The notes: generated from the sequence alone by a model not told the origin. A stretch of DNA of 64,000 nucleotides from Oligoflexia bacterium (GCA_903895855.1 CAITVN010000238.1:10331-74330); one strand, 5' to 3'; positions 1 through 10,499 are shown, counted from the first letter of the stretch. A program made the numbers and translations.

Positions 1-45
1 CGTGCCTGTTTTATTCTTTGTCGGTCTTTTGATGTGCTTTGACAT
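1..45 (-). CDS. N-terminal fragment of a gene running off the left edge (MSKHIKRPTKNKTGT...)
   Basis: ATG at 45 with a GGAG RBS upstream on the - strand; frame open to the window edge. Confidence 0.45.
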   Translation of the reverse strand, partial: MSKHIKRPTKNKTGT

Positions 46-132
46 AAATGTGCTTACTCCCTCATGAGTCTTATCGGACGCACGCGGCACTTGTGTGAGC
101 ACTATTTGAGGCAAAAACCCGTCAAAAAATTG

Positions 133-1104
133 TCAAAACGCGGTGACCCTTGAGGCCTGATGACTCTTAGTAAAGAACTCAAGCTGCGGAAAGAAAAAGG
201 TGTGTACCAAGTTATGCTCCCAGACGTGAGTGTGCGAATCGGCGGCACCAGCATCCCAGGTCACGTCAACGGGTGACCAAATGCCGTCGAGAAAAACTTC
301 ATTCCAGGCGTGGGTAGGCGAAGTGTCAGGGTCTAAGTCAGCCCAAGATTCTCCCATCTCGGGTTGAATTGCGAAACCAGATATCACTCTGGCCTTAATG
401 CCAAGGGCACGCAAAAGTGCGGTAGTCAGAGTAGAGAAGTCTGAGCAGACCCCAGTCTTACGATTAAATGCTGAGACGGCGTCATGAGGCTGGTTCAGGT
501 AGGTTTGATCTTCGGTTGATCTCAAGTCATAGGTGAGGTAGTTCGCCACCCAGTCGTGTACGGCCAGTGACTGTTCTTTCGGTGAAAGTTGCGCTACATG
601 GTTGTTTGCGCTGGCGTTGGCAACAATTGTTTTTGCAGTAGAAATAATTTGTGGATCGTCGCTTTGTGCCATGGTGGTTGGTAGTAAGTATTCAAGATTG
701 CGAGGGTCAGTGTTCGTGACCTCAAAATTTGCAATCCAGCGAAAGTTGACGCCATAAGCCTGGTTCTCAGAAGTGGCAAAAAGCCTGAGTTGGTATTTTC
801 CGGCACCATCGTAAAAATAGAAAGTTCCTTGTAGGGCGCCGTGCTCGACTTTCAGTACGCCGCCTTGTTTTTCAGCGCCCCCATCTTTAGTAAACTCAAA
901 GAAAGCAAAATTGTATTGGGCGCCAATGTTGCCATTGTAACTGATTTTGCTTTCACCTGTCTGTGTGTCTGCCAGGGTTAGGCCTCTAATGGTCACCGGG
1001 GCTGCGTGGGATACCTGAGTGGCCGCAATGAGTGAGGCAGTGCAAGAAAGCAAGATCGCGAAAGACGCTATTGGGCGCAAATTAACGTTAAACTGAAAAT
1101 ACAT
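133..1104 (-). CDS. Secreted transglutaminase-like (TGc) domain protein
   Basis: Signal peptide; catalytic triad motifs GVCSDFS, HAWNEV, VDVTWD. Confidence 0.85.
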   Translation of the reverse strand: MYFQFNVNLRPIASFAILLSCTASLIAATQVSHAAPVTIRGLTLADTQTGESKISYNGNIGAQYNFAFFEFTKDGGAEKQGGVLKVEHGALQGTFYFYDGAGKYQLRLFATSENQAYGVNFRWIANFEVTNTDPRNLEYLLPTTMAQSDDPQIISTAKTIVANASANNHVAQLSPKEQSLAVHDWVANYLTYDLRSTEDQTYLNQPHDAVSAFNRKTGVCSDFSTLTTALLRALGIKARVISGFAIQPEMGESWADLDPDTSPTHAWNEVFLDGIWSPVDVTWDAGAADSHTHVWEHNLVHTFFFPQLEFFTKSHQASRVTAF

Positions 1105-1204
1105 ATTAAACCCCGTTCCCTTGATACTCGTTAGCGCCCGATTGGGAGTTGCGTCAATTATATATCACTGTTCGATACAGCGTTTCGAGCTATGATCTGA
1201 CTTT

Positions 1205-2011
1205 ATGAGAAAAAATCGCCAAAACTTGAGCAGTCGATTTCTGGTTAAGACTCTATTTTGTATATTGTTTTTGTGTTTGTTTGTTCGAGCGCCGCTAGCC
1301 TCACTATTAAGCGATACGGCGGCGATGCGCGACTTGAGTGAGGGTCTGCTTTCGCAATTTAACCCAAAGGGCGTCGCGATGATTCCTAGTTGGGATGACG
1401 ACGATTTCTTTGAACTCGGCATTGCGTTGGGGGCGGTTCAAAGCAAGAGCTTGTCGCTTCCGCTGAGTGAGTTACCGGGGTTAGAGTCGGTATCTAATGA
1501 CGTGAGCAAGTTGCCGCTATTGCCAACCGTTCCGGTACCCTACCTACGCATTCATCCGTATTCTACCGTTGATCTGACGGCGCAAGGCATTCCGCCCATC
1601 TCAATTGGGTCATCGGGTGTGGGTTCGTGGAATGTCGGATTGAGTTGGGCATACCTCGAACAATTTACCTTCGGACTGCCAATCAAGGCTGGCGTTAAGT
1701 TGAACTACTTCAACTCAAAAATTGAGAAGCTCCCAGACATTTCGGTAACCGAAACGGGATTCTCGCTTATGCAAACAGTGGGAAAGTCGTTTGGAAAACT
1801 CGGGCTAGTAGCTGGATTTGGTTTTGTGCAAGGAACGCTTGGTCTAAAGGCAAGCGCGAGTAAGTTCGCGTTATCAGAAACTCCAAAGTCACTAGGAACT
1901 TTGTTTTCACTCGGAAGTTTTTATCAATGGGGAGCATTTCGAACTGGCTTAGAGTGGAACTGGATTGGCTCAGTTTCGTCTGGAGCCCTAAAACTGGGGT
2001 TTTCATTATGA
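1205..2011 (+). CDS. Putative outer-membrane beta-barrel protein
   Basis: Signal peptide, alternating amphipathic beta-strand pattern, C-terminal LKLGFSL. Confidence 0.55.
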   Translation: MRKNRQNLSSRFLVKTLFCILFLCLFVRAPLASLLSDTAAMRDLSEGLLSQFNPKGVAMIPSWDDDDFFELGIALGAVQSKSLSLPLSELPGLESVSNDVSKLPLLPTVPVPYLRIHPYSTVDLTAQGIPPISIGSSGVGSWNVGLSWAYLEQFTFGLPIKAGVKLNYFNSKIEKLPDISVTETGFSLMQTVGKSFGKLGLVAGFGFVQGTLGLKASASKFALSETPKSLGTLFSLGSFYQWGAFRTGLEWNWIGSVSSGALKLGFSL

Positions 2012-3369
2012 TTTACTTCTATTTTCTTCTACTTCAGCTCACCCAAATGCTTGGGACGGCTGTGTTTGCCTCAGACGAAGAGGTAAGTCATGACTACGAG
2101 ATTGGTCGCGAAGAGGCAGTGTTTTTCTACAAGACTCAGAAGTGTGCGACGGCTTTAGAGAAGATCGAAGAGATTCAGGCCGAAAATCGCTCAGACTACG
2201 AGCTCTATAATCTTTCTGGCCTGTGCAAAACAGAATTGAAAGATTATGCAGGTGCCCAGCAGAGTTTTTTGAAAGCCCTTGATGTTTGTGATGACCCAGA
2301 AACCCGCGCCCTGATTCGCCTGAATATGGCTGAAACCTTGAAGGCTCAAAAAGATGTTGCGGGCAGTTTACAGCAGATCAGAAAGGCTTTGGCTGAGGCG
2401 CCGAATTCAGAAGTGGTCGCAAAGGCGGCCAGTGGCACAGGCGGTGCTGGGTTGGTGAAGAAGCTAAAATCCTCAAATGAAAAATCGCTAAGATTTTCAG
2501 GAAAATTCGCGGCCGGTACAACCTTTGATACCAATGCGTTGCTGCGAGCGGGGGGTAGTGAAAACGCTCTGAGCGTGTCATCACTCAAGGGCATGAGTGT
2601 GCCAGTGTCGGCCTCGGCTCGCGCAATCTTCTCTGACGACGGCGGTGGCATCTATGAGACGCCGTTAAAAATTTCTTATCAGCCCTACCTCACGAAAGAA
2701 TTGCGCACTTTGTCTGCAATTGATTTGGGAGCGGGATTCAACTCTCTATGGGTACTCAGTGGCTCGAAACGTGTGGGTATGGGGCTTTGGGGTCACGGAT
2801 TTTTTACCAATGCCAACGGTTATCAAGCGCTGTTGTGGGAGACTCGGCTTTCTCCGACACTGACTTTCGGCATCAGTGACAGCTCAAAGAAGAGAATCAC
2901 CATCAGCTTGCCTGTGAACTTGGGAAGATTTGCGAATGACTCTGAAACCTATTCGATTCGTAAGTCCTACACGAGGTTTGAGGTTGCTGCTGATTTGCGT
3001 GAGCCAACGACCGATGCCATTGCCGTGGGCGCAGGAGTTGGGGCCTTTCTTCACGAGACGGTTGGCGAACAAATGCAAAATTACGGTTTTAAGGCGTCAC
3101 CTCATCTTGCAAAACGCTTTTGGGGTCTATTTGATTTCAATGCGCAAGTTGATTACCGTTACTCGTATTTTCCAAACACTACCGAGGTGAGAAGTGATCA
3201 CTTTATTTCGGGTGGCTTAGATTTGTCGTCGCGATTTCTCAAAAATCTCATAGGAGAGAGTGCCCTCACCGGAGTTCTGGCGGTGGCATTTGAAAAAAAT
3301 ACGTCAACCCAAAGTGCCCAAACCTATTCACGTACGGTGCTTTCGTTGGGAGTTCAATATGATTGGTAG
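2008..3369 (+). CDS. TPR-repeat protein with C-terminal outer-membrane beta-barrel
   Basis: ATG 2008 overlaps the upstream TGA (ATGA); signal peptide; TPR helices (YNLSGLC, LNMAE); barrel ending in LGVQYDW. Confidence 0.7.
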   Translation: MIYFYFLLLQLTQMLGTAVFASDEEVSHDYEIGREEAVFFYKTQKCATALEKIEEIQAENRSDYELYNLSGLCKTELKDYAGAQQSFLKALDVCDDPETRALIRLNMAETLKAQKDVAGSLQQIRKALAEAPNSEVVAKAASGTGGAGLVKKLKSSNEKSLRFSGKFAAGTTFDTNALLRAGGSENALSVSSLKGMSVPVSASARAIFSDDGGGIYETPLKISYQPYLTKELRTLSAIDLGAGFNSLWVLSGSKRVGMGLWGHGFFTNANGYQALLWETRLSPTLTFGISDSSKKRITISLPVNLGRFANDSETYSIRKSYTRFEVAADLREPTTDAIAVGAGVGAFLHETVGEQMQNYGFKASPHLAKRFWGLFDFNAQVDYRYSYFPNTTEVRSDHFISGGLDLSSRFLKNLIGESALTGVLAVAFEKNTSTQSAQTYSRTVLSLGVQYDW

Positions 3370-4360
3370 GCAAAAATTCAGCAAAAGTAATATGAGAGAT
3401 TGTAGAAGAACGGCGCTAACCGTTACTCTGATTGGGTTGCTGGCGGTGATTTCCGTCTCACAGGCCGCTTCAGATTCTGTAGCGCCGCCCCAGGTGATAC
3501 ATGTCGGCACCCTCATTGCCGTCGAGGGAAGTGTTACCGTGATCAGAAAAAGTGATTCAGGTGAAATGCGAGAAATTGGCAAAGTGGCGCTTTCAATAAA
3601 CGACAGTGACCAGGTAGAGACTGGAGCCAGTTCAAAAGCTAAACTACTTTTTTCTGATCGATCACTTTTTCTTTTAGACTCAGATTCGGCCCTGCGATTT
3701 CACGGCGATAAGGATCTCTCTGAATACGAAGTGACTCGCGGAAAGGTTCGCGCTCTCGTTGGAAAGCGAAAACGAACGAATCGATTTGTCATTCGATCAC
3801 GGTCGGCGGTCATGGGTGTGCGGGGTACCGAGGTCGCCATTGGCGACGGCGAATTGGCCTGCGTTAGCGGCTCTTGCGAAATCGAAAACGGAAAAGAAAA
3901 TTGGACCTTAAAAAGCGGTGACTCTTGGAAAGAACAAGACGGCAAAGGTTCGGTTTCGAAGACCTCAAAAGAGGATATTGATCGACGTTTCTCTAACCCA
4001 AGATCAGAAAAACTCAAGTCGCAGCACGATGATGATCTCAAGGACCTGAAGAACTCGAAAACAACGTTCGCCAATCGGGCCAATGAAGCTCCTTCGGCCG
4101 ACCAAACTAAAGATCAAGGTGCAGTAGAGCCGATTAATAAGAACGATCTTGTCAATCTCGTTGAAGGTTCGACCCAATCTGAAGCTGAGGGAATACTTCA
4201 AGAAGCGGTAGACTTTGATCACAACCTGCATGAGTTGCCCCTCACTAGCCACCGAGATTTTCAGACAAGTTCAATGGGGGTAGATGTTGTGCACGAGCAA
4301 ATTGGCCGTAAGTTCAATTTTATTCTCGAGCAGCATGAGATTGCTCCAAATGTTAAATAA
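3359..4360 (+). CDS. FecR-domain periplasmic protein
   Basis: Motifs D-x-VETG..S.AKL.FSD.S...LDSDS and AVMGVRGTE typical of FecR-like beta domains; N-terminal signal/TM; start approximate. Confidence 0.8.
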   Translation: MIGRQKFSKSNMRDCRRTALTVTLIGLLAVISVSQAASDSVAPPQVIHVGTLIAVEGSVTVIRKSDSGEMREIGKVALSINDSDQVETGASSKAKLLFSDRSLFLLDSDSALRFHGDKDLSEYEVTRGKVRALVGKRKRTNRFVIRSRSAVMGVRGTEVAIGDGELACVSGSCEIENGKENWTLKSGDSWKEQDGKGSVSKTSKEDIDRRFSNPRSEKLKSQHDDDLKDLKNSKTTFANRANEAPSADQTKDQGAVEPINKNDLVNLVEGSTQSEAEGILQEAVDFDHNLHELPLTSHRDFQTSSMGVDVVHEQIGRKFNFILEQHEIAPNVK

Positions 4361-4375
4361 ATGATTTGAGGTGCA

Positions 4376-5359
4376 GTGATGAAATCTATAAAACCTATTT
4401 TAGTTTTGCTTTCAGTTAATTTTGTTGTGAGCTGTGGGAGTGGCGAAAGAAAAATTTACGACGCCCCGCTTTTTCAGTTGTCAAAAATTGGAGCCATTCA
4501 AGAGCGCAAAAACCTAGAAGCAAAAGCTGCGACGGTTTCTGAAAACTGCATTGTGTCGAGTTATCAGTTTCGAGTGACTGACGCTAATGGAGATCTGCTG
4601 ATCGACCGAGTTGATCAGGTACGCCCAGATTTTTCAAAGATTGGCAGTATTTCTGGCTCTCCGTCGATTGATCGACTGATTTCTGCCTTTAACATCAAAG
4701 AAAGCTTCACCCTACCCTTTGTCGATTCGAATGCCGAATTGGCAGCAGCTCAGATGTCTTTTATCGGGGTGGTCAAACTCTGTGACGAAATCTGGGGCGG
4801 TGCCGGCAAAATTTCGACACTGACTACCCAGTTTTATGGAGGGGGCACCTTTGATTTGACCGCAAATAGTACGCAGACTAGCGATCTTTGCAGCTCAGAT
4901 GCAACCTGCTTGGTCTCGACCTCGTATGCGAGCCCGTTGATTCCATCTAAGTTAGACGATAGTTTGCAAAGCTTTATTGATAATGATGATAAGAAGAATT
5001 TTGTGCCAGTGAGACTTCTTCACACGGGGGTAGATTGCAAAGATGATGCTGCGAGTGGTGGCACTCGAAACAAAATCGCTGTTGAGATGAGTTTGGGTTC
5101 AGGCACCGAAGCCATCGTGAGCGACTTTAAGGGCACCGATGCGAATTCGTATGAGCTGGTCGAAAATGACGAAAATCCTACGGTGCTTGTTTCACTTATT
5201 CCTGATTTTGACTACAAAGTGACCTTCACTCAGGGCTCGGGTACGGGGTGTACTTTAGGAAAAACCAATGAAATCACGGTGAAAATCGCTCATTCTGAGG
5301 TCTTCGATGCCAGCCAAAATCGCATTGCCCAAATGGTCGACCGCACCGTCGCCTGGTAA
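4376..5359 (+). CDS. Hypothetical lipoprotein
   Basis: Lipobox-like FVVSC-G after a basic/hydrophobic leader; GAGG RBS. Confidence 0.65.
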   Translation: MMKSIKPILVLLSVNFVVSCGSGERKIYDAPLFQLSKIGAIQERKNLEAKAATVSENCIVSSYQFRVTDANGDLLIDRVDQVRPDFSKIGSISGSPSIDRLISAFNIKESFTLPFVDSNAELAAAQMSFIGVVKLCDEIWGGAGKISTLTTQFYGGGTFDLTANSTQTSDLCSSDATCLVSTSYASPLIPSKLDDSLQSFIDNDDKKNFVPVRLLHTGVDCKDDAASGGTRNKIAVEMSLGSGTEAIVSDFKGTDANSYELVENDENPTVLVSLIPDFDYKVTFTQGSGTGCTLGKTNEITVKIAHSEVFDASQNRIAQMVDRTVAW

Positions 5360-5427
5360 TGGCCCTTCATTTCAATTAGTTATGTGTAATTGACGGCAGG
5401 GGTAAATCGGCGTTATTCTATAAGGGT

Positions 5428-5904
5428 ATGAGAAAAACACAAAATTTGGCGTTAGTTGCGTTGATCGTTTTTTCTGCCGCTACATTATGGAGAGCGCAGG
5501 CGAGTACGTTTGGAACGACCGCAAAGGCGCCACCCCCGTTTTACTATGGTGGGACCTTTTCGTGTATTCAGGCAGGAAAAACTACCGAAAATTATGCAGT
5601 CGGATTGTATGTGCAGGCAGATCAAAAAGCCGGGCGAGTATGTGTTTCACTTGAGAAGTCTAAATGTGAGAAAAAGAACTTGAGTGATGAGGCTAGACTT
5701 GAAGCCGATCTCAGAAGTTTGAATCAGCAAGATTGGGTTACAATTGCCGAAATGAAAGCCTGGAGGGTCACCGACAATGTGGGTGGCTTCAGAGTAACTA
5801 ATAATGACACTTCGGGGTTTGCCGTGATGCCGCCGCAGATCTTGCTGTCAATCAAAGGTCTTTCGAAAGCTTGTCTCGCCGCTGGTATTTTGCGGCGGTA
5901 TTAG
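5428..5904 (+). CDS. Hypothetical secreted protein
   Basis: Signal peptide ending AQA; four Cys. Confidence 0.6.
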   Translation: MRKTQNLALVALIVFSAATLWRAQASTFGTTAKAPPPFYYGGTFSCIQAGKTTENYAVGLYVQADQKAGRVCVSLEKSKCEKKNLSDEARLEADLRSLNQQDWVTIAEMKAWRVTDNVGGFRVTNNDTSGFAVMPPQILLSIKGLSKACLAAGILRRY

Positions 5905-5921
5905 AGAGACTCAGTTCGTCT

Positions 5922-6299
5922 ATGAAACTTCACCCCTGCCAAACTTGCGGTGCGTGCTGCACCAAATTTACTGTGAAGTTCTATTGGCGTGAAACCGAAG
6001 ATCCGACGTTGAGAGTTCCAACTGAACTCACGGTTGAAAACGGCCCCTTTCACAATGCCATGCAAGGTACAACTTCGAATCGCCACATTCGTTGCGTCGC
6101 GCTTCGCGGCCAATTGTGTAAGCAAGTCTCGTGTTCGATTTATGAGCATCGTCCGACGCCCTGCCGAGAGTTCATGGCGTCGTTTGAAGATGGCACCAAG
6201 AACGAACGCTGTGATCAGGTGAGAATCGAGATTGGTTTGAATCCGCTGACTCGCAATGATTGGTCAGAAAAACAGCCGCTAGAGAAAAGTAAGGCGTAG
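5922..6299 (+). CDS. YkgJ family CxxCxxCC (zinc/Fe-S) cysteine-cluster protein
   Basis: PCQTCGACC ... RCVAL ... CSIYEHRPTPCREF; ATG at 5922. Confidence 0.9.
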   Translation: MKLHPCQTCGACCTKFTVKFYWRETEDPTLRVPTELTVENGPFHNAMQGTTSNRHIRCVALRGQLCKQVSCSIYEHRPTPCREFMASFEDGTKNERCDQVRIEIGLNPLTRNDWSEKQPLEKSKA

Positions 6300-7943
6300 A
6301 AAACTATAAACCCCAAGGCTGAAAAAAATCACCGATACGGTGGGGTATTCGCCCAGCATCCAACCTTGAGAATATGAAAGGCTAACGGCTGAGGTGAGCA
6401 TAAAGCCGATGGTTAAGAGCGACAGGCTGAGACGCTTCGAGTTTTGATCGAGCACTTGGTTCATTTCGCCTAATTGGTCAGAATGAATTTCGAACGCGAA
6501 ATCATCTTGTGCGAATTTTCGAAACATCCAGCGAATTTGTCTCGGCAAAACCTGCAATAGGGCCGCGACGTCTTTTGAAATCCACAGCAGTTCTTTAGTG
6601 AGTTTTTGTGGTGAATACTGGCTGCGAACGATGTCTTGAATGAGGTCTTTACCAGAGGCCATCAAGTCAAAATCAGGGTCAAGGGTTCGGCCCATACCCT
6701 CGATTGTCACGATCGCCTTGAACACAATCATCCAGTCGCCAGGCACTTTGATTTCGTATTTTGTCGCAATTTTTGTCGCTTCAATGAGAATTTTTCCGGC
6801 GTTCAGGTCTTTGAGTGACAAGCCCATGTAGGGAGACAGAGTATTTCTCAGCTCTCTTTGAAACCCATCGAAGTCAATCGAGGCGCCAGCGGCACCGAGT
6901 TCAGCGTAAAGAAAACAGAGGTTTTCATAGTCTTCGGTAAGCAGCGCCATAACCATATTTGCCAATTGGTCGCGTGATTTGGGCGAGAGCCTGCCCACAA
7001 TTCCAAAATCAATGATGCCCAGGCGATTTCCAGGCAAGATAAAGAGATTTCCGCCGTGTAGGTCGCCATGAAAAAGACCGTCGAGCATGATGGATTTAAA
7101 GAAAGCGCGCGATCCGACTTGCACCACAAATTTTCGGTCAATGTTTGCGGCCTCGAGGGCCTTGGTGTCAGTGACCCGAATGCCTTCAAATTTTTGTTGA
7201 GTGAGAATGCGGTTGGTGCTCAACTCTTTGTACACTTTTGGAATCGCTATTTCAGGAAAGGTCGAAAGATTTTCGGCCATTTTCTGCATGTTATTCGCTT
7301 CGACCTTAAAATCGAGTTCATAAGAAATAGAGCGAAAAAATTCATCGACGATGATAGTGGGGCCAATAATTTGAGTTTCAGGCACGTAGCGCTCAAGCAG
7401 GTTGGCGAGGAATGCTAAAAGAGAAATATCGTTTTCGATCTGTTTCGAAATATCGGGCCGCTGCACTTTGATGACGACTTTTTCGCCGGTAAACAAGGTG
7501 GCTTCATGCACTTGCCCGATGCTAGCCGCCGCGAGGGGTGACGGGTTAAATTCGGCAAACGCTTTTTCAATCGGAATGCCGAGTTCTTTTTCGATTTGCG
7601 CACGAACAATATCGCCAGACAGGGGCAAGACCCCGTCTTGAAGTTTCGTAAACTCTTCGATGTAGGCTTCGGGTAGTAGGTCTGAGCGGGTCGAGAGCAC
7701 TTGCCCGAGCTTCACAAAGGTGGGGCCCAGTTCTTCAAAGGCCATGCGCAGTCTTTCTGGCATACTGCGGTCAACTTGGGGTGACGCAAAGGCAGCTAAT
7801 CGGCTAGGAAGAAATTTTTCAAGCTGCATTCGCTCGACAATATCGGCAAAGCCATGTTTGGCGAAGGTGCTCAAGATTTGTCTGAGTCTGCCCACATTTT
7901 TAACGGCCTGCCCGATGCGTTTTCCTGTTTTTAGTATTCGCAT
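6279..7943 (-). CDS. ubiB: UbiB/AarF/ABC1 family atypical kinase
   Basis: LGPTFVKLGQ, PLAAASIGQVH, VIKVQRP, FHGDLHGGN, DFGIVG; C-terminal TMs. Confidence 0.9.
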   Translation of the reverse strand: MRILKTGKRIGQAVKNVGRLRQILSTFAKHGFADIVERMQLEKFLPSRLAAFASPQVDRSMPERLRMAFEELGPTFVKLGQVLSTRSDLLPEAYIEEFTKLQDGVLPLSGDIVRAQIEKELGIPIEKAFAEFNPSPLAAASIGQVHEATLFTGEKVVIKVQRPDISKQIENDISLLAFLANLLERYVPETQIIGPTIIVDEFFRSISYELDFKVEANNMQKMAENLSTFPEIAIPKVYKELSTNRILTQQKFEGIRVTDTKALEAANIDRKFVVQVGSRAFFKSIMLDGLFHGDLHGGNLFILPGNRLGIIDFGIVGRLSPKSRDQLANMVMALLTEDYENLCFLYAELGAAGASIDFDGFQRELRNTLSPYMGLSLKDLNAGKILIEATKIATKYEIKVPGDWMIVFKAIVTIEGMGRTLDPDFDLMASGKDLIQDIVRSQYSPQKLTKELLWISKDVAALLQVLPRQIRWMFRKFAQDDFAFEIHSDQLGEMNQVLDQNSKRLSLSLLTIGFMLTSAVSLSYSQGWMLGEYPTVSVIFFSLGVYSFLRLTFL

Positions 7944-7946
7944 TTG

Positions 7947-10499
7947 CTACCTTTTTCTACGACCCTTTTGCGGCTTATTTGCCGAATTTTTTGCCGGGGT
8001 GCTAGCGGGTTTATCTTCTGTAGGCTCAGCTTCGTCATCTGCTCCATCGACCGAAGCTGACAGAACGAAGTCAATTCGTCGTTGCTCGATACTGGCTTTC
8101 GCAACCCGCACTTTTACTTCAGTGCCGATTTCGAAACGTTTTCGAGTTCTCTTGCCTACCAAGGCCATTTCATTTTCTCGCCACACGTAAGTATCATCAT
8201 TCATGCTGTCGACGGGCACCATGCCTTCGACATACGGTTCGTCGAGAGCGACAAAGAATCCGCTTTCAAGAACTCCGACCACCTTACCCACAAAGTCTGA
8301 GCCGACATGTTGAATCATGATTCTCACTTGTTTCAAGCGAATGGCTTCGCGATCGGCGTCAGAGGCAATGCGTTCACGGTAACTACAGTGTTCGGCTATT
8401 TCGGTCAGTTCTTTAGTTAACGTGTCACGGTTGAAGTGCTGTTTTCGAATGCACATTCTTATCACGCGGTGAACGATCAAGTCGGGGTAGCGACGAATCG
8501 GGCTCGTGAAATGAGTGTAGCCTGGTGAGGCTAAACCGAAATGGCGGCCAGGCTCTGCTGAATAAATCGCTTGTCGCATCGACCGCAAGAGTGCCAAATT
8601 CAAGGTAGTTTGGGCGGGATGGCCATCTAACCTTCGAATTAAATCAGAAAGTACTTCGGGCAAGTTGCTGGATCCGATGGCAACACTGACGCCGGCGGTT
8701 CGAGCCAACTCTTGAAATTGTTGAAGCGCCTGATTCGAAGGTTCTTCGTGAACACGAAACAAAAAGGGTAGCCCGTTTTTGACTGCCCAATCGGTCGCAC
8801 CTTCATTGGCGGCAATCATGAATTCTTCGATAAGGCGATGGGCATCTAAACGTGGACGCCTAAAGATCTTAGTCGGATTACCCTCTTTGTCGACCCACAC
8901 CTCTGCTTCAGGTAAGTCAAAATCAAGTGATCCGCGAAAGTGGCGGGCTTTTTTCAAAATGAGGTAGAGTGCGACGTGTGGGGCAAGCTCCCACTTCGGA
9001 TCACTCGCTCGATTATTTCTCCAGTCATCGATCTCGTTTGAAATCTCGGTGTAGGTCGCGCGGCGTTTACTTTCAATGACGGCCTCATGCATGACGGTGC
9101 TGATTCGGTTACCTTCTTTGTCAAAAATCATTTCGGCAACCAAAGCCAGTCTGGGTACTTTGGGTTTTAAACTGCAAAGGCCTTCAGAGAGAGCACCGGG
9201 AAGCATGTGAAAAGCACGCTCAGGAAAGTAAACACTGGTTCCTCGAGAGTGCGCGTCTTTGTCGAGCGCGGTGCCCTTGGTGACGTAAGTGCTGACGTCG
9301 GCAATGGCTACCCAGAGTTTGAACCCCTTTGGGTGAGGTTCTACGGTGACGGCATCATCGAAGTCGCGAGCAGTCTCGCCATCGATGGTGAAAAAAGGCA
9401 GGTTTCGAAAGTCTTTTCTGAGTCCGTGTTCGACCTCTGAGAGATCGAGGGTGAACGATTCGGCCTCTTTTACTGCGGCAGCCGGATGTTCTTCGACTAG
9501 CCCGTACTCGTTTGCAATCATGGTAACGTCAATTGAAGCGGGTAGCAGTTCGCCGAAATTCTCGACAACCTCTGCGGTGACCGAAAAATCACCTTCTTCG
9601 TGAAAGTGTAGTTTCGCCCTTACCCAGTCGCCCGCTTTGAGTGCGATCGAAGAGGTCGGAACCCAAACTTGTTCTTTCGTTTTCTTTCGTTCGAAAACGA
9701 TCCAGCCACAATTGTGTCCGCGGCCAGACTGAGGTTGGGCGTGAGTGCCACGGGCCCCATCGGTTTCGTGAACCTGTTTAGCCTCTTTGAGGCGTTTTTG
9801 AATGAGGGCAGCTTCAGGGCGAATGCGCTGAATGGGTTGTGAAGCTCGGCTGTTTCGGCCGTCACCTCCTCCTCTCGGTTCTCTTGGACTCCCTGCCCCG
9901 ACTGGAGTGATCGGGCTTGGGCCTGAAGCCGAACGTGAACCGGGGCCTCGAAAGACTCCAGGTTTTTCAGAAGGAAGAAACTTGCCTACAAGCTCTCGAA
10001 AACGGTGTTGCACCACTTCGATGTTGAGCACTTCACCGCGTTTATTGAAGCTGACTTCAACTCGGTCACCATGAAAAAAGCGCGAAGCGAGATTGGGCGG
10101 TAGAAAGCCATCTTCGTAGCGGCGGTCTTCAAAGATGAGAAAACCAAAACCTCTGGCATTTTTGTCAACACTGGCTTTCACTTTTTGATCGGGTTCAGAG
10201 CCATGTTTGCGTGCAAGCGGGTCTGAGCCGCGTTTAAACTCTCGTTGAAGGGGGCGGTCTATTCGGGGCCTTGATTCGAGGTCATGCTTCTTTTTGCCGT
10301 CAGAAAAGCGGTTTCTAGTCGGATTGATGATAGGTTTGCCCTTACCCTCATCACCCTTTGATGGCACTGAGCCCCGTAGTGGCTTTCGATCGCGCCGACT
10401 ACCGGTCTTTGGGTCATCGGCCGTCTTGCCTGACTTGGCCCAGTCGCCTTGAGAGTTTTGCTTACCTGAACGTCTTTGATGCTTTTGTTTTTTCTTCAT
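7947..10499 (-). CDS. rnr: Ribonuclease R (RNB + S1)
   Basis: FTIDGETARDFDDA, LIEEFMIAAN, YTHFTSPIRRYPDL, C-terminal S1 domain and basic tail. Confidence 0.95.
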   Translation of the reverse strand: MKKKQKHQRRSGKQNSQGDWAKSGKTADDPKTGSRRDRKPLRGSVPSKGDEGKGKPIINPTRNRFSDGKKKHDLESRPRIDRPLQREFKRGSDPLARKHGSEPDQKVKASVDKNARGFGFLIFEDRRYEDGFLPPNLASRFFHGDRVEVSFNKRGEVLNIEVVQHRFRELVGKFLPSEKPGVFRGPGSRSASGPSPITPVGAGSPREPRGGGDGRNSRASQPIQRIRPEAALIQKRLKEAKQVHETDGARGTHAQPQSGRGHNCGWIVFERKKTKEQVWVPTSSIALKAGDWVRAKLHFHEEGDFSVTAEVVENFGELLPASIDVTMIANEYGLVEEHPAAAVKEAESFTLDLSEVEHGLRKDFRNLPFFTIDGETARDFDDAVTVEPHPKGFKLWVAIADVSTYVTKGTALDKDAHSRGTSVYFPERAFHMLPGALSEGLCSLKPKVPRLALVAEMIFDKEGNRISTVMHEAVIESKRRATYTEISNEIDDWRNNRASDPKWELAPHVALYLILKKARHFRGSLDFDLPEAEVWVDKEGNPTKIFRRPRLDAHRLIEEFMIAANEGATDWAVKNGLPFLFRVHEEPSNQALQQFQELARTAGVSVAIGSSNLPEVLSDLIRRLDGHPAQTTLNLALLRSMRQAIYSAEPGRHFGLASPGYTHFTSPIRRYPDLIVHRVIRMCIRKQHFNRDTLTKELTEIAEHCSYRERIASDADREAIRLKQVRIMIQHVGSDFVGKVVGVLESGFFVALDEPYVEGMVPVDSMNDDTYVWRENEMALVGKRTRKRFEIGTEVKVRVAKASIEQRRIDFVLSASVDGADDEAEPTEDKPASTPAKNSANKPQKGRRKR

